From Octopus sinensis (lineage: Eukaryota), in assembly GCF_006345805.1 (NCBI RefSeq), contig NC_043014.1, forward strand, positions 12,400,001 to 12,464,000: a stretch of 64,000 bases of DNA. The letters are read 5' to 3'. The notes under the pieces are model-generated. The model did no database searches and had not been told where the DNA came from. It saw nothing but the letters and a program-made list of their open reading frames with translations. Every line of letters starts with the position of its first letter. The first letter of the stretch is position 1. Shown piece by piece: positions 1-54,900 of this stretch. The position numbers and the translations under genes were made by a program.

Positions 1-121
1 TTCTATCTAGGTATAATGAGATAAATACGAAACAGCAGTGCTGAAGAAGTAAAGCAATTCAACCTTTAGTAAACACGGTGTTGCATTGTTTACCTTTTCA
101 TTTAGAATTACAGAATTAATC

Positions 122-41950
<41,829 letters not shown>

Positions 41951-41964
41951 TTGAATGGTCAGGC

Positions 41965-42190
41965 TTAGCACATTTGCATTTAAACTGGCCATACATATCC
42001 AGTCCAAATATATTTACTCGTTTTACATTCAAACTGGCTAAATCTGGAATCTCTCACCTACCCTACATGGAGTCCTCAAAATAAACATCATTGAGATCTC
42101 AAAGCTACAAGATAATGCTTGATTAATTCAAAACAATTTGAATAAATAAGCCTATACTTGGCAAAATAATCTGAATGTAAAAGGGTTAAA
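41965..42190. mobile_element. piggyBac-type MITE (family 2) immediately after the CENATAC stop codon
   Basis: Similar to the reverse complement of 2584-2802; ends AAAGGG|TTAA; contains AATAAA at 42080 and 42141. Confidence 0.65.
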
Positions 42191-42228
42191 TTAATATTCA
42201 AAGGCAAGATTAATGACTATGCCATATG

Positions 42229-42520
42229 CAAGTGGGCATATGGCGTAGTGGTTAAGAGCGTGGGCTACTAACCCCAAGACTCTGAGTTCGATTCCAAGCA
42301 GTGACCTGAACACTAACAATAATAATAATAATATCGAAAAATGCCTTAGGAATGAGAACCCAGGTTCAAAATTTCCCCAAGTCACCTGATGAAGGCTGGA
42401 GGGTATATCAGCCAAAATGTTGTGTTAACAACAGACAAGATGAGGACAAATATCTGTCGATTTTAGATAATGTACATAATTCTTCATCTCTTAAATATAG
42501 AACTGCAAGATTACCCAGTT
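42229..42520 (+). mobile_element. Chimeric SINE: tRNA head, (TAA)n, Penelope-like tail
   Basis: TGGCGTAGTGGTTAAG (A box)...GAGTTCGATTCC (B box), then (TAA)n, then the CTGATGAAGGCTG motif. Confidence 0.6.
42381..42426 (+). pseudogene. Decayed hammerhead motif inside a tRNA-headed SINE
   Basis: CUGAUGA-A-GGCUG/CAGCC stem followed by AAAAUGUU, where an intact motif would read GAAACGUU; both changes are CpG-type transitions. Confidence 0.5.
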
Positions 42521-44482
42521 GTTGTTTAACCTCCCCAACACAGCCCTGTTTGGGGAGACATATAAGGAAAAATGTTCTGTGATCAGTGACCATCCAGACT
42601 TTTTATATATCCAAGACTACATGAAAAAAATACGTGATAGAATAAAATAGCTATCTGTGTATCATTCTTGATGTAGATACATCACAAAAAAAGGCAAATT
42701 TACTGTGATGCTCATCCATCATCATCATCATCATCATCATCGTTTAACGTCCGTTTTCCATGCTAGCATGGGTTGGACAGTTCAACTAGGGTCTGGGAAG
42801 CCAGAAGGCTGCGCCAGGCCCAGTCTGATCTGGCAGTGTTTCTACAGCTGGATGCCCTCCCTAACACCAACCACTCCGAGAGTGTAGTGGGTGCTTTTTA
42901 TGTGCCACCTGCACAGAGATAATATTATCCAGAGATAATAGCCCTCATGGGCGTACTGTGTTTAAAACACAAACATATCAGTAGCATGAACATTATCCAG
43001 CTATGATGAGAATGTTAGATGCACATTTCTGCTTCATTGGGCTTTGTTAGTAGCATGTACACACTGAGAATCACATGCTAAGACATAGGAAGAAAGATGA
43101 TTGAAAAATCACTGGTATTGCAATTAGCTACCCAGCTGAATGTGAAAGCACATGGCCCGGTGGTTAGGATGTTGCATTCACAATTGCTAGGTTTTGGGTT
43201 TGATTTCCAAACTGGGCAACACAACATATTCTTGAGCAAAACACTTCATTTCACATTGCTCTGTCGTTGGGAGAGTGCCAGAATTGTCAACGCATCAGTA
43301 GGAATACTTTACGATATATCTTATGGCTTTATACATTCTGAGTTCAAATCCCAGTATCCATCCCAAATCTAGTCATATTAGCCAAAGTTTTTGTAATCAT
43401 CTTAATGGTAACAGAGGAGGGTATGGGACCTCCCAGGTCATATAGAGAGTGTTGGAGAAGGTTCACATGCACAGGACCTGCAGATGAGCACTAGATTAAA
43501 CCCAGTAGGATAAAAATCAGTTATGTGCTACAGAAGCAGTACTAGATTAAAATAGCAATCTGTGCATCATACTTAATGCAAATACACCACCAAAAGGACA
43601 AATTTACTACAATATTTATCTGGAAATTTATCTCTTGTGGACATATCGAGTTAAATAACAAAAAGTATACCAGTAGCCAACAAAAATCACACACCAGTGG
43701 CAGTGAGAATGCTAAGTGTGCGTTTTTTCTTTGTTGAGCTTTGTCAGTAGTATGTACTCACTATCAGCTGCATACTAATACAAAATCCAGAAGGTTATAA
43801 ACTACTGAAGGTATCACATTAATATTCAAATTCTCAAACTCTAATTCCTTGTTTATTTCTTTTTATCACATTTTCCTAAAGAGCTGTATCATTTGTAGTA
43901 GATTTCCATTGGGCCAATCCCTGGGTCATTGCATTTCTGGTGGTTACAGCAACAAGGGAGTGAGTGTCTGTACAATTATCCTTCTATCATACTTCCACAT
44001 TCTTCAAGAGGTCTTGTCTTGCAAATACTTGATGGCCTCGCTAGTGCTGGTGCCATGAGAAAAAAAAGCACCAAATACACTCTATAGAGTGGTTGGTGTT
44101 AAGAAGGGCATTCAACTCTTGAAACCATACCAAAACAGACACTGAAGCTTGGTGCAACCTTCCAGCTTTTTGATTCCTGCCAAGCCAAGATTCCTTGCAG
44201 TCCATGCTAACATGGAAGAAGTGGTGTTAAATGATGATGATGATGTGTTGGGGTGTTGTATATATTGAATTTATTTTGCAAGAATTTTGATCTGAAACCA
44301 TGTGTTGAAACAAATATTGTTATATTTTGGAAGAGTTTCAAAAATAAAATCTATAAAATGCACCAGCTGTTGTTTATTTATATATCACTTTTTCTTTCTT
44401 TTTGAAAACTCCCTCAAATTATTCTTTGCTACACCAATCAGTTGTTTTGTCAATGAGTATACATTTTTTTTTCTTTTTAAAC

Positions 44483-44811
44483 CAGTGGTTCTCAACCAGA
44501 GTTCATATAACCTTTGGGTGGGTGGGGGGAGTCCATATAACTCTTCGGGGTCCATATGACCCTTGGGGGTCTGTACGACCCTGGTGGGAGTCCATATAAA
44601 ATTCTGTTGCTAAAATTTATCTCCAAAACATCAGTTATATTTCTGCAATGCACAAAACATTTTAATAATTATTTTCCTACAATTCCTAATAATATTTTAA
44701 TGATAAAAATATAATAGGATTTTTTAAAACATCGAATGGCTATTGAGAGTTCAGTAAATGAAAATAGAAACCAAAGGGGTCCATAGGTTAAAACATGTTT
44801 AAGAACCACTG
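44483..44811. mobile_element. hAT-type MITE
   Basis: CAGTGGTTCTCAACC ... AAGAACCACTG; 8-bp TSD TTTTAAAC/TTTTAAAT. Confidence 0.78.
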
Positions 44812-45039
44812 TTTTAAATGCTTGGCTTTCAATTTATAACAGAGGTGTGGGTTTTTCTTTTTTCTTTTCGGTTATTTTTTGCTGTTGTTAAATTTTGGCA
44901 TAAAGCACACAAGCTCATAACATTTTCTTTGTTCTCCTTTACTTAAGGATTAGTTTTTAAAAATTTATTTTTACTAGCATCAGAACTTATATGTGTTTCG
45001 ATTGACTTTTGGATTCCTTATTTTTATATTACATATTCT

Positions 45040-47097
45040 GAGCTGGCAGAACTGTTAGCATGCTGGGCAAAATGCTTAGTGGCATTTAACCCGTTTTTAC
45101 ATTCTGAGTTCAAATTCCACCTAATTTGACTTTGTCTTTTGTTCCTTCTGAGTCAATATAATTAACTTATTCCCTCACCCAAAATTGCTGGCCTTGTGCC
45201 AAAATTTGTAATCAATATCATCATCATCCAGTGTTTTAAATCTGGGTTTTGTCCCCGTTAACAGGGGTGGCTGGATCTACCTCAATGCCATAACAACCGA
45301 GGTAGGCAGGTGCAGCCCACCCCAACCTTTAGGCTGGCTGGTGCCCATTCTCCTTTGCTATCATGAGGCTTTTTTTTAGAACTGGATTTTCTATGGGGAG
45401 CATGCCCTTGCTTACCCCCAACCTCAGTTTCTAGACATGAGTGGTCCCGAGACCAAGGCCTCTACCACAATTTCATTTGAGGGATGTAGTGATATGACAT
45501 CCGTGCTATCTACAATACAATTTACAGGACCATAGGAGTGTTTGCAGTACTGCTTCTGCTGTCACAGATTGACTTTTGGAGTCCTTATTTTTATATTATA
45601 TTGGTAGCATGTTGTCAATAGCTGTGAGTTGCTAATCCATTTGTTCTTCATATTAACCCTTTTGTACCAACCCGGCTGAAACCGGCTCTGGCTCTGTAGT
45701 ACAAATGTCTTGTTTTCATAAGTATTGAATTAAAATCTTCCACTAAACCTTAGTCACAATTTATGTTCCTAACACTAGCTGAATGATAACTAAATTATTT
45801 CACTAAATTCTTTGTTATATTTAAGATTGATTGAAAGAAACACAGAGCATCTCAAAATAAATACAGTAACAAAAGGGTTAACCGTTAGCATTCAGATTAC
45901 TCTTTCAAATGTATTATTTATTTATTCACACTGTCTTGAATTAATCATGCATGTTCTTGTGGCTTCAAGATTTTGCTCAAGTAGCTGTTTATTTTTTACA
46001 ATGACATTATAAGGTAGATGTGAGATGTTGAATCTGGTCAGTTAACCCATAAAAGAGGAAGAATATTTGGACTAAGATATGGCTGGTTTAAATGCTAAAG
46101 GATTAAGCATCTTCCTCTATAATCATATAGCTTCTGTAATCTGGTGTAAGGCTGGTTCCTTTGGAGCTTGGATGGGTTTAGTCTATCCCTTACAATATTC
46201 AAATGAAGGAAGTCTTCTTTACTGCCAAAGTAATGGTTGACCTTGATTTGTTCAGAATTTTGATGGGTGTTTCACAACCGGAGCCTGAATGGCCCTTTGA
46301 GGTCCATATAAGATTCTATTGTTGAAATTTATTGGGTACGAATTGCTTATTCTTTTACAATACTCAAAATATTTAGCAATGTTTTATACAATTCCTAATA
46401 ATATTCAATAATAAAAATACAGATTTTTTTTACATACCTTGAATAGTTATGAGGGTCAAGTTGAGTAAAATAGAAATCAAAGGGGTCCATAGGTAAAAAA
46501 ATGGTTGAGAACCACTGGATTAGGGCCTCATGTAAGATAAGTCTTAGTTCACAGGTACCTACATGACAAAAAAACTACATCATTCTTGCAAATTCTCTAC
46601 AAATTTTCAGTATCAATTGATGGATATACTAAGGTGGTGAGCTGGCAGAACTGTTAGCATGCTGGGCAAAATGTTTAGCAGCATTTCATCCGTTTTTACA
46701 TTCTGAGTTCAAATTCCACCAAGTTTGACTTTGTCTTTTTTGTTCCTTCTGGGTCGGTTAAATAAGTAACAATGGAGTCAATATAACTAATTTTTTCCCT
46801 CACCCAAAATTGCTGGCCTTGTGCCAAAATTTGAAATCAGTATCATCATCCAGTGTTTTAAATCTGGATTTTGTCCCCATTAACAGGGGTGGCTGGATCT
46901 ACCTCAATGCCATAACAACCGAGGTAGGCAGGTGCAGCTCACCCCCAACCTTTGGGCTGGCTAGTGCCCATTCTCCTTTGCTATCATGAAGCTTTTTTGG
47001 GACTGGATTTTCTATGGGGAGCATGCCCTTGCTTACCCCCAACCTCAGTTTCTAGACATGAGTGGTCCCGAGACCAAGGCCTCTATCACAATTTCAT
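45040..47097. repeat. Direct duplication of about 440 bp (45040-45477 and 46639-47097)
   Basis: SINE B plus about 270 bp of otherwise unique sequence, nearly identical in both copies. Confidence 0.88.
45657..46102. mobile_element. Two piggyBac-type MITEs sharing one TTAA (45878-45881)
   Basis: A family 1 copy followed directly by a family 2 copy. Confidence 0.7.
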
Positions 47098-47379
47098 CCC
47101 TTTACCAGTTGAGAACACACAATGCACATCACCCAAGAAAGGAAGGATGCAGAGGATCGCTAAATGCAAAAGATACCAATAGAATTGCAATATTCAGTTT
47201 GAAAAACTAGTGAAGGAAGAATATTATTAGCAACTATAATTGTCCAAAATCTTGCTGAAACAGCTGGAATATTCAAGAACAGAAAAAAGAACAAAGGAAG
47301 AAGTCATTGGAAAGAGAAGAAATTACATGGCCAACTCCTGCAATAAAGTGAGGTCATTGAAAGTAAAGAACACTGGTTG

Positions 47380-48063
47380 TGACTGAAGGACAGAAACCTG
47401 AAATGAGAAATTGAATTGTTAATTATAGCCACTCTGGAACAAGCCTCCGCAGTGAATATGATAAAGGCAAAGATCAGTAAAAGTTAGTCAGAGGACAAAC
47501 ACAGAATCTGTAGGAAAGAAAACAAAAGTATAAGCCATCATTTGAATGAATGCAGTAAGCTAGCACAAAAAGAGTATAAGTGCAGGTATGACTGTGTTGG
47601 TAAAAGAATGCATTAGAATGTTAGCCAAGTATATGGATTCAAAGTAAGAGAAATAAGTATGAACACAAACAAGAAACTGTCATAGAAAATGAGAATTACA
47701 GGATTTTTTAGGACTTCCCTGTAAAAACTGACCATGCTACTGAAGCAAAAAGACCACATATTGTTATAAACAACAAAAGAAATAAACTTATGAGATCATA
47801 GATTTACAGTACTATATGATAACAAAATGGATACAAAAGAAATTGAAGAAGTTAAGAAGCATCAGGACCTGGCTAGAGAGATGAAGAGATTGAAGAAGAT
47901 AAAAATAATAACTATTCCTGTGGTAACTGGTACACATGGTATAACACACAAAATGCTATCTAAGAGGCTGAAGAATATTGGAATTGAGTCTTCCATTGTT
48001 GGCCTGCAGAAAAGTGCAATCTTGTATTCTATAGAATTCCTCAGAAAGATTTTTGAGATTTGA
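47380..48063 (+). mobile_element. R4/Dong-type LINE 3' fragment (CCHC knuckle plus RLE endonuclease)
   Basis: Degenerate CRK...HHLNECSKLAQKEYKCRYDCVGK and KHQDLAREMKR...IPVVTGTHG...LQKSAIL...LRKI. Confidence 0.78.
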
Positions 48064-48269
48064 GGAAACCTGGTATCACCAAACCTCAAGACGTCTCTAC
48101 TAACTAGTAGAGCATATAGTAGTTATAATGATAATAAGAAAAAACTATTAACACCTATATTACTAACAATCAAATAAGAATAAAAACAAATGAAGAATGA
48201 GATTGGTAATAAAATAAGAAAAACACAATGATACTGCCACTAATACTACTAATAATAATAATAATAATA

Positions 48270-49330
48270 ATTCTTCCTACTATAGGCACAAGGCCTGAAA
48301 TTTTGGTGGAGAGAATAACTCAACCCCAGTAGAATTTGAACTCAGAATGTAAAGACAGACGAAATGCCGCTAAGCAGTTCAATGCTTCTGATTTCAAATT
48401 TTGGCACAAGGCCAGTATTTTGGGGGAGGGAGTAAGTCATTTACATTGACCCAAGTACTCAACTGAAAAGCAAAGTTGACCTTCGCGGAATTTGAACTCA
48501 GGATGTTAAGATGGACAAAATGCTATAAAGCATTTTGCCCAGCATGGTAAGGATTCTGCCAGCTCCCTGCCTTAATAATAATAATAATAGATAATAATAA
48601 TAATAATAATAATAATAGATAATAAAGGGTTCAAATTTTTGGTACAAGACCAGGAATTTCAAAGGAGTGGATAAGTTGATTACATCAACCCCAGTACTCA
48701 ACAGATACTTATTTCATTGACTTCGAACTAATAATAATAATAATGGTAATAATAATAATAATAATAATAATAGGTCTCTGAGTGAGACTTGGAGCCAACT
48801 TGTACAAATGTAAAGCAAAAGTCAAACATAAAATAATAATAATAATAATAATTTCAAATTTTGACACAAGGTCACCAATTTCAGAGGAGGAGGCTAGCCA
48901 ATTACATTGACCCCAGTGCTCAACTGGTGCTTCTTTTATTGACCCTGAAAGAATGAAGGGACCAAGGTAGAATTTGAACTCAGAATGTGAAGAGGGAGGA
49001 AATACTGCTAAGCATTTTGCCCAGCTTGCTAACAATTCTGCCAGCTTGCTACGTTAATAATAATAGTAATAATACTACTTTCTGTTATATACACAAGGCC
49101 TGACATTTTGGAAGTGGGGGTACGTCAATTACATCAGCCCTAGTACTCAACTTGTATTCACTTCATCAACCCCAAAAAGATGAAAGACAAAGTCAGCCTT
49201 GGTAGGCTTTGAACTCAGAATGTATGGATGGACAAAATGTTGTGAATCATTTTATTCATCATACTCACAATTCTGCCAGCTCACCACCTTTATGATAATA
49301 GTAATAATAATGATAACAATAATAATAATA
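48270..49330. mobile_element. Array of SINE family B copies separated by (TAA)n
   Basis: At least four partial or complete copies alternating with (TAA)n tracts. Confidence 0.7.
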
Positions 49331-50319
49331 ATAATGGACTCACCTGTCAAAGACAACATATGAGTGTTTAGCTTTTGCTTAACGACCTGCACAGATGATT
49401 TATTTATAGTGATCAAATGTATGTGCTATACATTAGCTCATTTGCTTCATCAAATGAATGACACCTGTACAGGTGCATGGTATATCACATGTCAGGTGTT
49501 GAAGTGATCGTTAGAACAAAGTGAAATGAAGTTGTGGCAGAAGTGATTTATGCTGTCATTATGTGTGAGATGTTTTCGTTTTGAGTTATTTAGGCTTAAA
49601 TACCTGGATATCAGCTCCACAGGCCTTTTCGTTCCAGCAGATCACATGACCTTGTGATTAGCCGAGCTTGTTGTTCATATTGGTCAGTTTCCAGCTGTCC
49701 AATCATGTTGGCACAACAATTTGTTTTGTCTTACACGAGAAATTAATCACCAGCCCTGGAAGCCTCCTGATCTCTATAAGAACAGCAGTTCTTGACTGCT
49801 TTAGGTCTTTGGCACACACCATTCACCACACACTACTCATCTCTGATAACGATGTATCTGACACCAGCCAGTCTCCGTTTTCATCTCCACAAGACACCTG
49901 CCTACATCATTGCTGTATGAACACCACACGACCAACTGACCATCGGCTACCTCTACAGACTACCAAACAGTACGTCAATTTTGTCCACAAGATCAACAGT
50001 CCAGCCAGACCACGAAGTCTCTCACACATCTTTGTTGTAACCTGTTATTTATTTTATTTCATGTATGGCATTCATTGTATTTTATAACGGAGAATAAATC
50101 ATCGCTTACCAGTTCATTTTCATCTCAAGTTGTATATCATTTTTACATTTCATTATTTACCCATCTTCATTGTAAAATGTTTTGCTTAGAAACACAAAGT
50201 GCCATCTGGTCTAGGAATTGAAACCATGTATGAAGGTTGATATAACTGTTCTCAAAGTTAAATACACAAGAGAGTGCAATGCAATATGTAATAAAAGAGA
50301 TTGAATTTGTCTAGTGAAT

Positions 50320-50905
50320 CATCATCATCATCATCATCATCATCGTCGTCGTTTAACATCTGCTTTCCATGCTGGCATGGGTTGGACAGTTTGACTGAGG
50401 GCTGGCAAGCCAGATGACTGCACCAGGTTCCAATCTGATCTGGCAGAGTTTCTACAGCTGAATGCCCTTCCTAAAACCAACTGTTCCGAGAGTGTAGTGG
50501 GTGCTCTTACGTGCCACGGCATGAGGGCCAGTCAGGCAGTACTGGCAATGGCCATGCTCAAATGGTGTTTTTTTCATGCCACCTGCACAGGAGCCAGTCC
50601 AGCAGTACTGGCAACGACCTCGCTCGAATGTTGTCATTCACGTGCCAGTAAGGCAACGCTGGTAACGATCACACTTGAATGGTGCTTTTTTACGTGCTAC
50701 TGGCATGGGAGCCAGTCAGCAGCTCTGGCAATGATCATGCTCGGATGGTGCTCCACTAGCATGGATGTCAGTCAAGCGGTGCTGTCATCGAATTTGATTT
50801 CGATTTCACTTGTCCCAACAGGTCTTCGCAAGCTGAGTTTAGTATCCAATGAAGGAAAGGTATGCCTAAGTGGGCTGGTTACACCACTGGTATAGGCCAC
50901 GGGTT
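50320..50905 (-). mobile_element. RTE 3' UTR copy
   Basis: (CAT)n then the reverse 3' UTR with internal repeats. Confidence 0.78.
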
Positions 50906-52609
50906 CTGAACAATATTTCAACAGTCCTTCTGTCTTCTTCGGGATAAAACAAAAATAATACATAGAAATGCTAAAATTCAAAATTTCCATGGGACCATCC
51001 TGCATTCCTTCCCAGACAAAAAAAGATGTCATCAAATTTTGCTAACACATAACTGGTTAAAACAAGAGAGAAAAAAAGGAAAAAGAATAGAACATTGAAT
51101 TAAAAAGTTTTCTATAAATCTGATGGAATTTTCCCCATCATTTGGTCATCCTTCCATAGTGTGCTGCTAGTGGTGCTTTGTCGATCTTAACGACAGAGGT
51201 TCCAGTTGATCCAATCAACGGAACAGCCTGCTCGTGAAATTAACGTGCAAGTGGCTGAGCACTCCACAGACACAGCCTGACACAGAGTGTGACAAGGCTG
51301 GCCCTTTGAAATACAGGTACAAGAGAAACAAGAAGAAAGAACGAGAGAAAGTGATGGTGAAAGAGTACAGCTGGGTTCACCACCATCCCCTACCGGAGCT
51401 TCAGAGAGCTTTAGGTGTTTTCGCTCAGTAAACACTAACTACACCCGGTCTTGGAATTGAAACCGTGATCCATATGCAGCCCAGAGATATATTTATTTTC
51501 ATGTATTTTGATGACTGTAAGTTCGGTGGAATCGCAATATTTTCTGAGAATGTGTACTTTCAGGTTTTTCTCAAAGTTACTTTCATTTGATGTAAATTAC
51601 TCAGTAAGTTCCATTGAAACAATGTAATTGTACCAGGTATCATAACAAATCCCATTAAGTTCTTCATTTAATTCTTTTTTTTTTATTGTACAACTAATAG
51701 GCGTAGGAGTGGCTGTGTGATAAATAGCTTGCTTACCAACCACATGGTTCTGGGTTCAGTCCCACTGCATGGCACCTTGGGCAATTGTCTTCTACTATAG
51801 CCTTGGGCCGACCAAAGCCTTGTGAGTGGATTTGGTAGACGGAAACTGAAAGAAGCCCATCATTTAGATGTGTGTATATATATAAATGGAGTTTAACGCA
51901 GGTATAATTCACATACTTTTACTTCCGACACATGTTTCGAAGATATAACTGATATTATTCTGGCTGGTTGCACATCTAAAATAAAACGAGTTACAACCTC
52001 TTTACTTGTGTGATGTTTTGTTACCCTGATAACTATTTATCTATTTTTTCCATGTTAACTGCTAACAAGGAAAAAATACACACATCTATTTATATATATA
52101 TATACATACATATATATATATATATACACACACATATATATATATATGTGTGTGTGTGTGTGAGTGTATATGGTCGTGTGTCTATGTTCCCCCCCCCCAA
52201 CATCATTTGACAACTGATGCTGGTGCGTTTACGTCCCCGTAACTCAGTGGTTTGGCAAAAGAGACCGATAGAATAAGTACTAGGCCTGCAACGAATAAGT
52301 TCTGGGGTCGATTTGCTCGACTAAAAGGCAGTGCTCCAGCATGGCCGCAGTCAAATGACTGAAACAAGCAAAAGAGTAAAGAGAGTAAATCAACTTGTGT
52401 TTGGTGCAATTCTGCTGCATACACTCAATTGAAATCATTACATGTCCCACATTCTGTATAAATCATAACATTTCTACTACGATTTCTAAATGGAGTCCAT
52501 CTGAGTCAAGCTGTTGCAACATCACTGTCATTATCGTTGTTGTCACCACCACCACCATCCTCCTCCCTCTCCCCCTCCTCCTCCTCATCATAATCATTGC
52601 TATTATCAT

Positions 52610-53369
52610 TTAACCATTTTGTTACCAACCTGGCTAAAACCACTTCTGGTTCTGTAGTACAAATGTCTTGTTTTCATAAGTTTTGAATTAAAATCTTCCA
52701 CCAAACCCTAGTCACAATTTATGTTCCTAACACTAGCTTAATGATAACTAAGTTATTTTACTAAATTCTTTGTTATATTTAAAATAATTGAAAGAAACAC
52801 AGAGCATTTTGTTTATTTTTAGAATGACAATGTAGGGTGTATGTGTGAGGGGCGAGATCTGGCCAGTTTGAACATAAAACTGATAGAATATGGCTGGATA
52901 TGAATGGTTTAACCCTTTTGTTACCAACCTGGCTGAAACCACTTCAAGCTCTGAATACAAATGTCTTGTTTTCAAAAGTTATGTATTAAAATCTTCCACC
53001 AATCCTTTGTCACAATTTATGTTCCTAACACTAGCTTAATGATAACTAAGTTATTTTACTAAATTCTTTGTTATATTTAAAATTAATTGAAAGAAACACA
53101 GAGCATCTCAATAGAAATATGGCAACAAAAGGGTTAACAAATGATTAATTTAACCCTTTCGATACCAACCTGGCTGAAACCGGCTCTGGCTCTGAGTACA
53201 AGTTTTCATAAGTTTTGAATTAAAATCTTCCACCAAACCTTAGTCCCAATTTATGTTCCTAACACTAGCTGAATGATAACTAAGTAATTTCACTAAATTC
53301 TTTGTAATATTTAAAGTAATTTAAAGAAACACAGAGCATCTCAAAATAAATACAGTAACAAAAGGGTTA
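52610..53369. mobile_element. Cluster of three to four piggyBac-type MITEs
   Basis: Repeated TTAACC(C)TTT...AAAGGGTTAA units of about 225 bp. Confidence 0.72.
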
Positions 53370-53769
53370 AAGTTTGTGTTCCATGCCAGCATGATTTGGC
53401 TGATTCAACAATCTGGAGCACTGCAACGAGCTCCGATGTCTGCTTTGGCATGATTTCTTCAGCTAAATACCCTTCATAGCGCCAACCACTTTACAGAGTT
53501 TACTGGGTGCTTTTTTTAAGGGACACTGGCACTAGTGAGGTCACCAAGCAACTAGCAAGACAAGACCCCTTCAACTAAGTGGAGAGGGTAGTATTGAGGG
53601 CAGTGGGTGGGGACTTTATGCTGGGTAATGAGAGGTTAAATTGCAGTAGAAGAACAAAAACTGATGTCTTGCAACAGAGGAGACACAAAGCTACCCCAGT
53701 TGAAAGGAAGAGAAGATGGTGGTGAAAGGGTGTCAGAGCATACCCTTAAGTTACAGGAAGGCGATTATA

Positions 53770-54900
53770 CAGGGTGGTATCAAAAAGTTCCCCAACTAGT
53801 TCTGATTTCTTTATTGTCCACAAGGGGCTAATCATACAGGGGACATATAAGGATAGACAAACGGATTAAGTCAATTACATCGACCCCAGTACCTAACTGG
53901 TACTTAATTTATCGACCTCGAAAGGATGAAAGGTTAAGTCAACCTTGGCGGAATTTGAACTCAGAACGTAAAGTCAGAGGAAATACCATTAAGCATTTCG
54001 CCCAGCGTACTAACGTTTCTGCTAGCTTGCTGCCTTTTATTTGTTTGAAAAGTATTCTTTTATTCTTTTATTTGTTTCAGTCATTTCACTATGGCCATGC
54101 TGGAGCACCACCTTTAGTCGAGCAAATCGACCCCAGAATTAATTTATTGTAAGCCTAGTACTTATTGCCGAACCGCTTAGTGATGGGGAGGTAAACACAC
54201 TAGCATCAGTTGTCAAGTGATGTTGGGGGAACAAACACAGACACACAAACATATACATACACATACACACACACACACATATACACATACGACGGGCTTC
54301 TTTCAGTGTCTGTCTACTAAATCCACTCACAAGGCTTTGGAGGGCTCGAGGCTATAGTAGAAGACACTTGCCCAAGGTGTCATGCAGTGGAATTGAACCC
54401 GGAACCATGTGGTTGGTAAGCAAGCTACTTACCACACAGCCACTCCTGCGCCTATTGTTCAAGTTTAATAAACTTGTAGCGCACCAACAGATGGCAGCAC
54501 ATGGTTGCATGTACAGAGAGAGCTGGTAGTGACCATCATGAGGCAGTGTGTAAGTGACATCACTGTGTTTACTTCACAAGTTGTGAAATTCGGATTCTTT
54601 GAGATCACATGTATGCTGCAGTCTGCGATGTTGTCATGGGTGGAAGCAAAGAGCCAACGTGAAATTTTGTGCTAAATTTGGGATGTCTGCTATAGAGACA
54701 TTGAGCATGCTTTTGCAATCTTATGGCAACAAGACAATGGATCATAAATGTGGAAGAACGTCCCTGAAAGACAGAGCTATCTGAAAGACCTACTATGAGC
54801 ATCACCCTCGGAAATGTGGTATTGAGCATTGAGAATTTTTCCCCCAGGGCTAGACTATCAATCAAAAGCTCCCCCCACCATGTATCGGGAACAACTGTGT
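53770..54900 (+). mobile_element. Mariner remnant split by SINE insertions
   Basis: TA|CAGGGTGGTATCAAAAAGTTCC TIR-like start; QRANVKFCAKFGMSAIETLSMLLQSYGNKTM resembles a mariner transposase N-terminus. Confidence 0.65.
54065..54453 (-). mobile_element. SINE family A copy
   Basis: Full length, reverse, nested in the mariner remnant. Confidence 0.82.

Noticed and set aside
42229-42305. tRNA gene
   Set aside because: A/B boxes only; no convincing cloverleaf; it is a SINE head, as are the other tRNA-like boxes in the window.
49668-50087. 139-aa ORF
   Set aside because: Lies within the LTR-like insert; no gag/pol motifs.
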